64,000 nt of DNA from Thermoplasmata archaeon (GTDB taxonomy: Archaea; Thermoplasmatota; Thermoplasmata; Lutacidiplasmatales; UBA184), in assembly GCA_052325545.1 (NCBI GenBank), contig JBKQUP010000009.1, forward strand, positions 13,486 through 77,485. Direction: 5' to 3'. How positions within the stretch are numbered: position 1 is the first letter of the stretch; each line of letters begins with the position of its first letter. Under the pieces are notes generated by a model. It was not told the origin of the DNA, made no database searches, and was given only the letters and a program-made list of their open reading frames with translations. Below are positions 14,541 to 23,880 of this stretch, piece after piece. The translations under genes and the position numbers were made by a program.

Positions 14541-14714
14541 CTACACCACCGGGGCGGACTCGAACTCCTCTTGGAGGTCGTTGATGACCTGATCGATCAC
14601 AGTGCCGGCCGTGCCCCCGCGGTACTCGCGGATGCCCCCCGCCTCGCTCGAGACGCGGGCGATGACGTCGGCCGCTCCGCGCAGGAACTCAACACTGCAG
14701 ATGAACTCCTCCAT
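14541..14714 (-). CDS. small acidic hypothetical protein (57 aa)
   Basis: MEEFICSVEFLRG...; CTATATA box with A-rich BRE at ~14759-14772. Confidence 0.6.
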   Translation of the reverse strand: MEEFICSVEFLRGAADVIARVSSEAGGIREYRGGTAGTVIDQVINDLQEEFESAPVV

Positions 14715-14914
14715 TGACGGCCGGCCCCCCACCGAGCCGGGCGCCCGAAAAAGCTCCTCTATATAGGCTTTTGCAAAGCCCCGAAACCGGTCGCGCGTCG
14801 TCGGGTCGCGATTCCCTTGCCCCGCGCGGCTCTCGCAACCTCTTCTCGCACCGAGATTCATCCCTACCCCGGGTCGAAGGAGGGTCCTTAACCGCGCAGC
14901 GCCTCGCCCCTTCC

Positions 14915-15229
14915 ATGACGTCCGGACCTACTACGCCCATCCATGCCCCGGTCCCGCAGACCGTCTCCAGCATCCCACCTGCCGGCCGACCCGACCCGAG
15001 TTCGGGCGCACCCGTCGTGAAGATGGTGGGGATGATCCTCGAAGGGGTCGGCGCGGTCGTCTCTGGCCTGAGCCTTTCGTTCCTGATTCCGGTCATCAAC
15101 GGCAGCTCATCGAACTATCAATCCTCCGAGACCGCGCTCTTCAACACCCTGGAGGCCGGAATTATCATCATCGGGATCGGCGTGATCGTGCTCGGCATCG
15201 GCGCCTACTTGGAATCTCGACATCGCTGA
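14915..15229 (+). CDS. hypothetical membrane protein (two TM helices)
   Basis: Pro-rich N-terminus then two hydrophobic stretches; CTTAA box ~27 nt upstream of ATG 14915. Confidence 0.7.
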   Translation: MTSGPTTPIHAPVPQTVSSIPPAGRPDPSSGAPVVKMVGMILEGVGAVVSGLSLSFLIPVINGSSSNYQSSETALFNTLEAGIIIIGIGVIVLGIGAYLESRHR

Positions 15230-15379
15230 CGGGATCCGACACAGTTCGGTCCTTCGGCGCGACCCTCGGAACGGACCGGTAGGTGACCCGATTTGTCCGG
15301 GTCTCGGGCCATCCGTCCTAAGACGCGGGCGTATCGTTATCTTCCCGGTTCGGTACTGGAGCCCCGGGAGGTCGGGAGA

Positions 15380-15640
15380 ACGAACGCGCCGACGGTCCGC
15401 ATCGAGGTACGCGTAGAGCTCAAGCCCGGCGTGATGGACGCCGAGGCCGAGAGCATCGAGAAATCCCTCGCGCTCCTCGGGATCCCGTCCGTGCGCCACG
15501 TGACCACCGCCCGGGTCTACGACCTCGAGTTCGCGAACGTGTCGGAGGCCGAAGCCCGGCGCCTCGCGGACCGCGCGGTCGAACGCCTCCTCGCGAACCC
15601 TGTCATCCACCGAGTGTCGGTGCGCCCGCTCTCGGCCTAG
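15380..15640 (+). CDS. purS: phosphoribosylformylglycinamidine synthase subunit PurS
   Basis: VELKPGVMDAEA, LLANPVIH; start uncertain (in-frame ACG 15380 after GGAGGT, or TTG 15293). Confidence 0.9.
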   Translation, partial: TNAPTVRIEVRVELKPGVMDAEAESIEKSLALLGIPSVRHVTTARVYDLEFANVSEAEARRLADRAVERLLANPVIHRVSVRPLSA

Positions 15641-15644
15641 ACGC

Positions 15645-17951
15645 ATGTCCGACTGGGCGGACGAGGTCGCCTCGTTTCCCATCCGCCACGTTTCGCTTTC
15701 CGGCCTCGACCGGCTGTCGGAAGCGCGGGGCCTTGGGCTCGACCGACGCGAGCTCCTTCGGCTCCGGGCGTACTACCGGGCTGAAGGTCGTGAGCCGACG
15801 GACGTCGAGCTCGCCGGGATCGCGCAAAGCTGGAGCGAGCACTGCAGCTACAAGAGCTCCCGACCGTTCCTGAAGCGCGCGTTCTCGAGCCTGCACCCCA
15901 AGCCCCGGGTCCTGGGGACCGGCGACGCCGGGGTCCTCCACTTCGAGGACGGGTTCGCCTACGCCATCCGCATCGAGTCCCACAACCATCCGTCCGCCGT
16001 GGAGCCGTACGGCGGCGCGGCGACCGGCATCGGAGGGATCCTCCGGGACGTTCTCGCGGTCGGGGGTAAGCCGATCGCGCTCAGCGACCCTCTCTTCTTC
16101 GGCCCTCTTGACCGTGGACCCGACACGCTTCCGCCCGGAGTGAAGAGCCCTCGGTACATCGCCGAGGGGGTCATCGCCGGGATCCGCGACTACGGAAACC
16201 GGGTCGGCGTCCCGACCGTCTCGGGGTGCGTTTACTTCGACCCGGCGTACGTCGTGAACCCGCTCGTGAACGTGGGCTGTGTCGGGTTCCTGCCGAAGAG
16301 CCGACTGACCCCGAACCGTGCGCACGCCGCGGGGGACCACCTGGTCCTCGCCGGGGGGCTCACCGCCCGCGACGGCATCGGGGGAGTGGCGTTCGCTTCG
16401 AAGGAGCTCACCGACCGCAGCGAGTCCGAGTCCCGCGGCGCGGTCCAGCTCGGGAACCCGATCATGAAGGAGCCGCTCATCCACGCTTGCCTCGAGTCGT
16501 ACGACCGGGGCCTCGTCCGCGGGCAGAAGGACCTCGGGGGCGGCGGCCTCGCCACGGCCTCCGGCGAGCTCGTCAACTCCGGCGGCTTTGGCTCGCACAT
16601 CCACCTCGACCGCGTGCCGCTCCGCGAGGAGGGACTCCGCCCGTGGGAGGTCTGGGTCTCCGAGTCCCAGGAGCGGATGATCCTGGACGTCGCTCCGTCG
16701 GACCTCCCCGCGCTGCTCGCGATCTTCCGGCGCCACGACGTGCCGGCGACCGATATCGGTGAGGTGGTCCCCGGGCCGTACGAGACCTTGCTCTGGAAGG
16801 GGGCGCTCGCCGCTCAGATGAAGGTCGGCTTCCGGGTCGACCCGCCGACCGTCCGTCGGCCGACCCGCGCCCGGCGCCGTCGGTCCGCCCGGTCCCCCGA
16901 CCTAGCGAACGAGGATCCGGCCGGCGTCCTCGTCGACCTTCTCCTCGCCCCGGACTCCGTCTCGCGAGAGGGGGTCCTGCGGGTCTACGACCACGAGGTC
17001 CAGGGCCGAACGGTCGTGAAGCCGCTCCACGGGCGCGTCACCTCCCCGTCGCACGGCGACGCGACGGTGATCCAGCCCCGTCCCTCGAGCCTGCGCGGGC
17101 TCGGCATCACGACGGCCACCCAACCCTGGGCGTGCTCCGAGGACCCGGAGAACGGAGCCGTCATGATCGTCGAAGAGGCCGCTCGGAACCTCTACTCCGT
17201 CGGTGCGCGGCCCGACTCGTTCACGAACTGCCTCAACTTCGGTAACCCCGAAGACCCGCGCGTGCTCGGGGACTTCGCGGCCGCGACCCGGGGCCTCGCG
17301 CGCGGCGCCCGGGCCCTGGGATTCACCGTGCCGAGCGGGAACGTCAGCTTCTACAACGGAGGTCTGGGCGCTGAGATCCCCCCGACCCCCGTGCTGCTCG
17401 CCACCGGGATCGTGGACGACATCACCCACGTCGCGACGAGCGACCTGAAGACCGAGGGAGACCCGCTCTACCTGCTCGGACGCTCGGCCAGCGAGCTCGG
17501 CGGGTCGTTGTGGGCTCGGCGACACGGCCGGACCGGGCTCGCTCTCCCCCGGACCGACCCCGCGGGCCTCCGTCGGCTCGGGGAGCGATTGCTCTCGGCG
17601 GAGCGCCGGGGTCTCGTGCGGGCCGTCCACGATGTCTCGGATGGAGGGCTCGCCGTAACGCTCTCCGAGATGGCGTTCGGAGGAGGCATCGGGTTCGCGG
17701 TCGACCTGGACGCCACGGGTCTTCGTTCTCCGCCCCTCGCGCTCGCGGCCGAAGGCGGAAGCCGGTTCGTGGTCGAGGTGCCCGTCGGGGAGCGGCGGCG
17801 GTTCGAACGGACGTTCGCCTCGTCCGACCGCGTCCGCCTCGGCACGGTCGTGGCCGCCGACGCGACCTTGCGCTGGAAGGGCCACACCCTCGCGACCGTG
17901 CCGCTCCGACCGCTCTACGAGCGGTGGCGCAGCGGTCTCGGACTTCCCTAG
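15645..17951 (+). CDS. purL: phosphoribosylformylglycinamidine synthase subunit PurL
   Basis: QSWSEHCSYKSS, ESHNHPSAVEPYGGAATGIGG, SESQERM, NCLNFGNPE. Confidence 0.97.
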   Translation: MSDWADEVASFPIRHVSLSGLDRLSEARGLGLDRRELLRLRAYYRAEGREPTDVELAGIAQSWSEHCSYKSSRPFLKRAFSSLHPKPRVLGTGDAGVLHFEDGFAYAIRIESHNHPSAVEPYGGAATGIGGILRDVLAVGGKPIALSDPLFFGPLDRGPDTLPPGVKSPRYIAEGVIAGIRDYGNRVGVPTVSGCVYFDPAYVVNPLVNVGCVGFLPKSRLTPNRAHAAGDHLVLAGGLTARDGIGGVAFASKELTDRSESESRGAVQLGNPIMKEPLIHACLESYDRGLVRGQKDLGGGGLATASGELVNSGGFGSHIHLDRVPLREEGLRPWEVWVSESQERMILDVAPSDLPALLAIFRRHDVPATDIGEVVPGPYETLLWKGALAAQMKVGFRVDPPTVRRPTRARRRRSARSPDLANEDPAGVLVDLLLAPDSVSREGVLRVYDHEVQGRTVVKPLHGRVTSPSHGDATVIQPRPSSLRGLGITTATQPWACSEDPENGAVMIVEEAARNLYSVGARPDSFTNCLNFGNPEDPRVLGDFAAATRGLARGARALGFTVPSGNVSFYNGGLGAEIPPTPVLLATGIVDDITHVATSDLKTEGDPLYLLGRSASELGGSLWARRHGRTGLALPRTDPAGLRRLGERLLSAERRGLVRAVHDVSDGGLAVTLSEMAFGGGIGFAVDLDATGLRSPPLALAAEGGSRFVVEVPVGERRRFERTFASSDRVRLGTVVAADATLRWKGHTLATVPLRPLYERWRSGLGLP

Positions 17952-17969
17952 CCTCCCGAGGACGCGACC

Positions 17970-18674
17970 ATGACGGTCACGGCGCTGGTCTCCGGGGGGA
18001 AGGATTCGATCTACGCGGCCTACCTCGCGGACACGCAGGGCTGGCCGGTCGACGAGCTCGTGACGATCGCCCCCGAGAACCCCGACGCGATGATGTTCCA
18101 CACCCCGAACCTGGAACTGGTCACGCTCCAGGCCCAGGCCTGGAAGAAGTCGCATCGTCGGGTGCCGGTGCGCGGGACGGGCGAGGAGCGCGAGCTCGCG
18201 GCCTTGCGGGAAGCGATCGAAGGCGAGCGGGGGCCCGTGGTAGCGGGCGCGATCCAGTCGTCGTACCAATGGGCACGCCTGCTGAGGATCGCGGACGGGG
18301 TGGGCCGGCGCCTCTATGCCCCTCTGTGGAGGAAGGAGCCCGCCCGAGTGGTCCGCGAGGAGATCACGGCCGGCCTCGACATCCGCCTCGTGCACCTCGC
18401 GGCCGAGCCGCTCACCCCCGATCTGCTCGGTCGTCGACTGGACCTCGACCTCGTCGCCGAGCTCGAGCGCCGAAGCCGAGAGATCCGGCCGGTGAACGTC
18501 GCCGGAGAGGGGGGCGAGTTCGAGACCCTGGTCGTCGACGCCCCGTTCTTCGAGGGACGGATCGAGCCCGAGGTGGTCGAGCGTTCGGTGACCGGGTCTA
18601 CCTCCCAGCTCCGGATCACGAAGGCTCGCCTCGTCCCCAAGGCCGCCCGTCCTCCGCCGCGCGCGGCCCCGTGA
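17970..18674 (+). CDS. diphthine--ammonia ligase (Dph6/DUF71 PP-loop ATPase)
   Basis: SGGKDS, MFHTPN, GEGGEFETLVVDAPFF. Confidence 0.9.
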   Translation: MTVTALVSGGKDSIYAAYLADTQGWPVDELVTIAPENPDAMMFHTPNLELVTLQAQAWKKSHRRVPVRGTGEERELAALREAIEGERGPVVAGAIQSSYQWARLLRIADGVGRRLYAPLWRKEPARVVREEITAGLDIRLVHLAAEPLTPDLLGRRLDLDLVAELERRSREIRPVNVAGEGGEFETLVVDAPFFEGRIEPEVVERSVTGSTSQLRITKARLVPKAARPPPRAAP

Positions 18675-18745
18675 CCCGCGCCGCTTCCTCCGGCATTTTT
18701 TCGAGGCCCCCGGAGTTATAGTTCCCGTCGGTCTCCCCGGCCCCG

Positions 18746-20461
18746 ATGTCGGCGAGCCGCCCGACCCGACCGTCCTCCCCGACGGGGCGGGACGAGGACC
18801 GCAATGACCCGGTCCGAGAGCGCACTCGCCGCTGGGAGGAGACGACCCTCGCTCCCGCCCTCGCGAAGAACCCGGAGCGGAAGGAACGGTTCACGACCCT
18901 GGGGGGTATCCCGGTCGACCGGCTGTACACCCCCCGCTCGTCCGCGGGGTCGTTCGACCGGATCGGCTACCCGGGCCAGCCCCCGTTCACGCGTGGGGTC
19001 CATCCCACGATGTACCGGGGCCGGCTCTGGTCGATGCGGATGTTCTCCGGCTTCGGCACCCCCGAGGATACGAACCGCCGGTTCCGCTACCTCCTGAAGC
19101 ACGGAGAGTCCGGGCTCTCCGTCGCGTTCGACGACCCGACGCTCTACGGGATCGACGCGGACGACCCCGAGGCGCTCGGCGAGGTGGGGAAGTGCGGGGT
19201 CAACGTGAGCTCGCTCGACGACATGCGCCGGCTGCTCGCCGGGATCCCGCTCGCCGACGTGACGACGAGCATGACGATCAACGCCCCCGCGAACATCCTC
19301 TGGGGGATGTACCTGCTCGCCGGCACGGCGAGCCGGGTCCCCTTCGCCCGCCTAGGCGGCACGACCCAGAACGACATCCTGAAGGAGTACATCGCGCAGA
19401 AGGAGTTCCTCTACCCGCCGCGCCACGCCCTGCGTCTCGTCACCGACACGATCGAGTTCGCGACCCGGTCGACCCCGAAGTGGAACCCGGTCTCGATCTC
19501 GGGCTACCACATCCGCGAAGCGGGGTCCACCGCGGTCCAGGAGCTCGCGTTCACCCTCGCGGACGGACGCACGTACGTCGCGGAGGCGAAGAAGCGCGGC
19601 CTCGACGTGGACGAGTTCGCGCCGCGACTGTCGTTCTTCTTCAACTCGCACAACGACTTCTTCGAGGAGGTCGCGAAGTTCCGCGCCGCCCGCCGGATCT
19701 GGGCGCAGCTGATGCGCGATGAGTTCGGCGCGAAGCTGGACCGGTCGACGTGGCTGCGCTTCCACACGCAGACCGCGGGATGCTCGTGCACCGCGCAACA
19801 GCCCGAGCTCAACATCGTCCGGACCACCATCCAAGCGCTCGCCGGCGTCCTCGGAGGCACGCAGTCGCTGCACACGAACTCCTACGACGAGGCGATCCAG
19901 CTCCCGAGCGAGGACGCGGTCCGCATCGCGCTCCGCACCCAGCAGATCCTCGCGCACGAATCCGGCGTCGCGGAGTCGGTCGACCCGTTCGCGGGGAGCT
20001 ACTACGTCGAGTGGCTCACCGACACGATGGAGGAGGAAGCGCGCCGCTACTTCGACCGGATCGATGCCCTCGGTGGGGTGGTCGCCGGGATCGAGCGCGG
20101 ATTCTTCCAGCGCGAGATCCAGGAAGCCTCGTTCCGCTACCAGCGGGCCGTCGAATCGGCGGAGGAGAAGGTCGTCGGCGTGAACGCCTACACGGTCGAC
20201 ACCCCCGTGAAGGTCCCGCGGCTCAAGATCACGGAGGAAGCCCGCCGGGCCCAGAGCCGCCGGCTCCGCGCGGTGCGTTCCCGCCGCGACCCCTCGCGTC
20301 ACACCGCCGCGCTCGACCGACTGCGCAAGGTCGCCGCGACCGAGGAGAAGAACACGATGCCCGCGGTCCTCGAAGCCCTGCAGGCGGACGCGACGCTCGG
20401 AGAGATTGTCCGCGCGTTCCAAGAGGTGTTCGGGTCGTACCGCGAGCGTTCGATGTACTAG
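18746..20461 (+). CDS. B12-dependent acyl-CoA mutase large subunit, isobutyryl-CoA-mutase-like
   Basis: PPFTRGVHPTMY, SMTINAP, SISGYHIREAG, QSLHTNSYDEA; no DxHxxG B12 domain; RMFSGF and KEYIAQKE. Confidence 0.9.
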   Translation: MSASRPTRPSSPTGRDEDRNDPVRERTRRWEETTLAPALAKNPERKERFTTLGGIPVDRLYTPRSSAGSFDRIGYPGQPPFTRGVHPTMYRGRLWSMRMFSGFGTPEDTNRRFRYLLKHGESGLSVAFDDPTLYGIDADDPEALGEVGKCGVNVSSLDDMRRLLAGIPLADVTTSMTINAPANILWGMYLLAGTASRVPFARLGGTTQNDILKEYIAQKEFLYPPRHALRLVTDTIEFATRSTPKWNPVSISGYHIREAGSTAVQELAFTLADGRTYVAEAKKRGLDVDEFAPRLSFFFNSHNDFFEEVAKFRAARRIWAQLMRDEFGAKLDRSTWLRFHTQTAGCSCTAQQPELNIVRTTIQALAGVLGGTQSLHTNSYDEAIQLPSEDAVRIALRTQQILAHESGVAESVDPFAGSYYVEWLTDTMEEEARRYFDRIDALGGVVAGIERGFFQREIQEASFRYQRAVESAEEKVVGVNAYTVDTPVKVPRLKITEEARRAQSRRLRAVRSRRDPSRHTAALDRLRKVAATEEKNTMPAVLEALQADATLGEIVRAFQEVFGSYRERSMY

Positions 20462-20477
20462 CGCCGGGGGGGCGGCC

Positions 20478-21881
20478 GTGACACGCGAGGAGTATTCCGC
20501 GGCGCTCGAGGAGCTGTTCCAGCGCCGACGCTTTGGCCTCCGCCCCGGGCTCGAAACGATCCAGGCCCTGCTCGCCGGGCTCGGCCACCCCGAGCGAACG
20601 TTCCCGGCGGTCCACGTCACGGGCAGCAAGGGGAAGGGCTCCACCGCCGTGATGGCCCAGTCGATCCTCACCGCGCACGGGCTGAGGACGGGCCTCTTCA
20701 CGTCGCCGCACCTCACCACCTACCGGGAGCGCGTGCGCGTCGACGGACGGCTCATCCCGCGCTCGGCGGTCGTCGACGGGGTGCGGCGCGTCGAAGCGGT
20801 CACCCACGCCGCCGAGGCGGCCGGGGACATCGACCACGCGCCGACGTTCTTCGAGGCGACGACCGCGCTCGCGTTCGACTGGTTCGCCCGCGAGGAGGTG
20901 GACGTGGCCGTCGTCGAGGTCGGTATCGGCGGACGTCTCGATGCGACCAACGTGCTCGACTCTCGCGTCGGCGTGATCACGACGATCGAGCTCGAGCACA
21001 CCGACCTGCTCGGGCCGGACCTCGCCTCGATCGCTCGCGAGAAGGCCGGGATCCTCCATGCGGGGATGACCGGCGTCGTCGGGGAGCTTCCGGCGGAGGC
21101 TCGGACGGTCGTTGAGGCCACGGCGACCCAGGTCGGCGTTCCGCTCTGGCACGCCGAGAAAGAGGTCCGTGTCGAAGGTCGGAGCCTCTCCGCCGACGGC
21201 CAGACGCTCTCGGTGCGCGTGCCGGGGCGGTCGTTCCCCGACCTCTTCCTCCCCCTGCTCGGCCGGTTCCAGCCGGGGAATGCGGCCCTCGCGGTCGCCG
21301 CGACGGTGCGCTTCGCCCAGGCCACCGGCCTCGAGCTCACCGACGAGAAGGTCGCCGCCGGGCTCGCCCACGCGCGTTGGCCCGGACGGCTCGAACGGGT
21401 CGGGAAGCGACCCGAGCTGTTCTACGACGTCGCCCACACGCCCGACAGCGCACGGCTGCTCGCTCAGAGCCTGGCCGAGATCTCTCCGCTCGCGAGTCCC
21501 GAGGAGAGCGTGGTCCTCTTCGGCTGTCTCCGGGAGAAGGATGCCGGCCGCATCCTGGACGCCCTTTCGCCGCTCGCACGGACGCTCATCGTCGTGCCGG
21601 TCCGTTCGGACCGAAGTGCCCGCCCCTCCGAGCTGAGGCTGGCGGCGGTCGGACGCTTTCCCCGGATCGTCGAGGCCCGCTCGGCGGCGGAGGGACTCGC
21701 GCTCGCCCGGGCCGGCACAGGCCCGGACGGGTTCACCCTCGTGACGGGCAGTGACTACCTCGTAGGCGAGCTCCTTCGGGGAGCGGAGGATCGCGACGAA
21801 CCGGATCTTTCCGATCCCGGCGTGTCGCCTTCCAGGGCTGTGGCTCCAACGGCCTTCTCGAAAGGGGGGGACCCGGTATGA
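20478..21881 (+). CDS. folC: folylpolyglutamate/dihydrofolate synthase
   Basis: HVTGSKGKGST, FTSPHL, EVGIGGRLDATN, WPGRLE, DVAH. Confidence 0.92.
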   Translation: MTREEYSAALEELFQRRRFGLRPGLETIQALLAGLGHPERTFPAVHVTGSKGKGSTAVMAQSILTAHGLRTGLFTSPHLTTYRERVRVDGRLIPRSAVVDGVRRVEAVTHAAEAAGDIDHAPTFFEATTALAFDWFAREEVDVAVVEVGIGGRLDATNVLDSRVGVITTIELEHTDLLGPDLASIAREKAGILHAGMTGVVGELPAEARTVVEATATQVGVPLWHAEKEVRVEGRSLSADGQTLSVRVPGRSFPDLFLPLLGRFQPGNAALAVAATVRFAQATGLELTDEKVAAGLAHARWPGRLERVGKRPELFYDVAHTPDSARLLAQSLAEISPLASPEESVVLFGCLREKDAGRILDALSPLARTLIVVPVRSDRSARPSELRLAAVGRFPRIVEARSAAEGLALARAGTGPDGFTLVTGSDYLVGELLRGAEDRDEPDLSDPGVSPSRAVAPTAFSKGGDPV

Positions 21882-22732
21882 CGCGCGGGAAGGTCGTCGC
21901 CGGGTTCGACTGGGAGCGGCTCCTCGACCGGCTCAGCGCGTTCTACGGGACGGGAGACTGGCGGCGGCCGTATCTCCGGGACCACGCCGAGAACCCGTTC
22001 CAGGTCCTCATTGGAACGATCCTCTCGCAGCGGACGCGCGACGCGAACACCGACGTCGCGAGCGCCCGCCTCTTCGCCCGTTTCCCGGACGCTCCCTCCC
22101 TGTCCCGAGCGAGACGGTCCGACGTCGAAGCGCTCATCCGGGTGACCGGCTTCTATCGTGTGAAGGCGCGGGTCCTCGGAAGGGTCGCGCGGGAGGTCCT
22201 CGACCGGTTCGACGGCACCGTCCCCCGGACCTTCGAGGAGCTCACCTCCCTCCCCGGCGTCGGCCCCAAGACCGCGAACTGCGTACTCGTCTTCGGGTAC
22301 GGCATCCCGGCGATCCCGGTCGACACTCACGTTCACCGCATCGCGAACCGGCTCGGCGTCGTCCGGACCCGCACTCCCGAGGAGACCGAAGCCGGTCTCC
22401 GCGAGAAGGTGGACCCGCGCTACTGGATCCCGGTCAACCCGCTCCTCGTCCAGCACGGCCAGAACCTCTGCCGCCCGAACCGCCCGCGCTGCCCGGAGTG
22501 CCCGATCGCCGACCAGTGCGCGACCGGTCTCGCTCTCAGGGACGGACGGAGCCCTCCGCGACCGGAGGACCGGCCGACGCGGCGGGCATCGCCGGAAGCA
22601 GCACGATCGCCACGAAGGTCGAGAGCATCAGGAGCGGGAGCACTTCCCACGCGACGGCGTAGGAGTACGTCGCGACGATCACCCCGAAGAGAGCCGAGAC
22701 GCCCGCTCCACCGGCGAGCTGGATCGAGTTGA
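21878..22732 (+). CDS. nth: endonuclease III (HhH-GPD, 4Fe-4S)
   Basis: LPGVGPKTA, PVDTHVHR, CRPNRPRCPECPIADQC. Confidence 0.94.
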   Translation: MTRGKVVAGFDWERLLDRLSAFYGTGDWRRPYLRDHAENPFQVLIGTILSQRTRDANTDVASARLFARFPDAPSLSRARRSDVEALIRVTGFYRVKARVLGRVAREVLDRFDGTVPRTFEELTSLPGVGPKTANCVLVFGYGIPAIPVDTHVHRIANRLGVVRTRTPEETEAGLREKVDPRYWIPVNPLLVQHGQNLCRPNRPRCPECPIADQCATGLALRDGRSPPRPEDRPTRRASPEAARSPRRSRASGAGALPTRRRRSTSRRSPRREPRRPLHRRAGSS

Positions 22733-23777
22733 ACAGCCCGATCGCGAGCGGGATCTCCGCGGCCGGCACCTCCCGCCAGGAGTGCGGGATGACATACATC
22801 ACCGCGTAGATGATCCCGTACGAGAACGCGAAGACGACCCCGACCGCCAGGGCGACCGCGAGTCCGGCCCATGGCAGCAGGACCAGCACGCCGGCCCCGA
22901 CGAGCATCGCGACCACGAACTGGGTCCGGTGGTTCCGGTGGCGTTCGGCGGCGCGGCCGCCGATCGGACCACCCAGGATGCTCGGAAGGACGAACATCAT
23001 CCCGACCACGCCGGCCAGGGCGATCGTCCAACCTTCGACCGTTTCTCCCCACGGAACGACGAACTGGCCGGTCGCGAACGTGGCGCCTTCCAGCCCGATG
23101 AACGCGATGCCCACCGCCCAGACCCCTCGGTACCGCAACGACACCGGAAGTCGGGGACCCCGGACCGTGGGACTTTTCGGTGCCGCACCGACCGTTGGGG
23201 GAACCAACACGATACTGACCAGAGCAGCCCCTCCGAGCACCGCTCCTCCGACCACGAGGGTGAGCTGCCAGCCAATGAACGGGATCAGAAGCGCCGAACC
23301 GACGATCCCGAGCGCGGACCCGGCGCTGAACGCGGAGCTGAAGATCCCGACGGGGACTCCCCGGCGTCCGGGTGGGTAGAGGCTGGCCACGAGCCCGATC
23401 GCCGGCGAGAAGAAGAGCGCGGCGCCCACGCCCGCGACCAGGCGAAGGGCGACGAGGATGAGGAACGACGGCGCCGCGGCGCAGGCCGCCGCGCTGACGG
23501 CGAGCAGGCCGACCCCGGCGAGGGAGACCAACCGCGCGCCGTACCGACGGGCGAGCAATCCCGCCGGGACCTGAAGAAGCCCCGCACCCACGAGGAACGC
23601 GGCGACGAGGACCCCCCAGTCCGCGGGGCCGACCCCGTACGTCGCTCCGATCGGCCGCAGCGCGGGGCTGATGTCGAACCAATTGTAGGCGTATCCAATC
23701 CGCAGCGCGATCAACGCCGCGGTGGCGCGCGCCGCGGCCCGTGGGCTCAGTGGGATTTCGCCGAGCGTCTCCTCCAC
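22536..23777 (-). CDS. MFS transporter
   Basis: About 12 hydrophobic segments, motif A GLLARRYGAR. Confidence 0.88.
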   Translation of the reverse strand: MEETLGEIPLSPRAAARATAALIALRIGYAYNWFDISPALRPIGATYGVGPADWGVLVAAFLVGAGLLQVPAGLLARRYGARLVSLAGVGLLAVSAAACAAAPSFLILVALRLVAGVGAALFFSPAIGLVASLYPPGRRGVPVGIFSSAFSAGSALGIVGSALLIPFIGWQLTLVVGGAVLGGAALVSIVLVPPTVGAAPKSPTVRGPRLPVSLRYRGVWAVGIAFIGLEGATFATGQFVVPWGETVEGWTIALAGVVGMMFVLPSILGGPIGGRAAERHRNHRTQFVVAMLVGAGVLVLLPWAGLAVALAVGVVFAFSYGIIYAVMYVIPHSWREVPAAEIPLAIGLFNSIQLAGGAGVSALFGVIVATYSYAVAWEVLPLLMLSTFVAIVLLPAMPAASAGPPVAEGSVRP

Positions 23778-23880
23778 CGGCTTGACCGCCTACGGTTTCC
23801 GGGGGCGCTCGCCCACGGAAAGCGTTCGGTCCCAACCACCAACCAAACGTTTAAACATCGGCGGCCGTCCGCGCGCCGTC

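Noticed and set aside
15230..15330. Purine-related riboswitch upstream of purS
   Set aside because: Two short hairpins only, no ZTP/PRPP/purine consensus, and they lie upstream of the likely TATA box.
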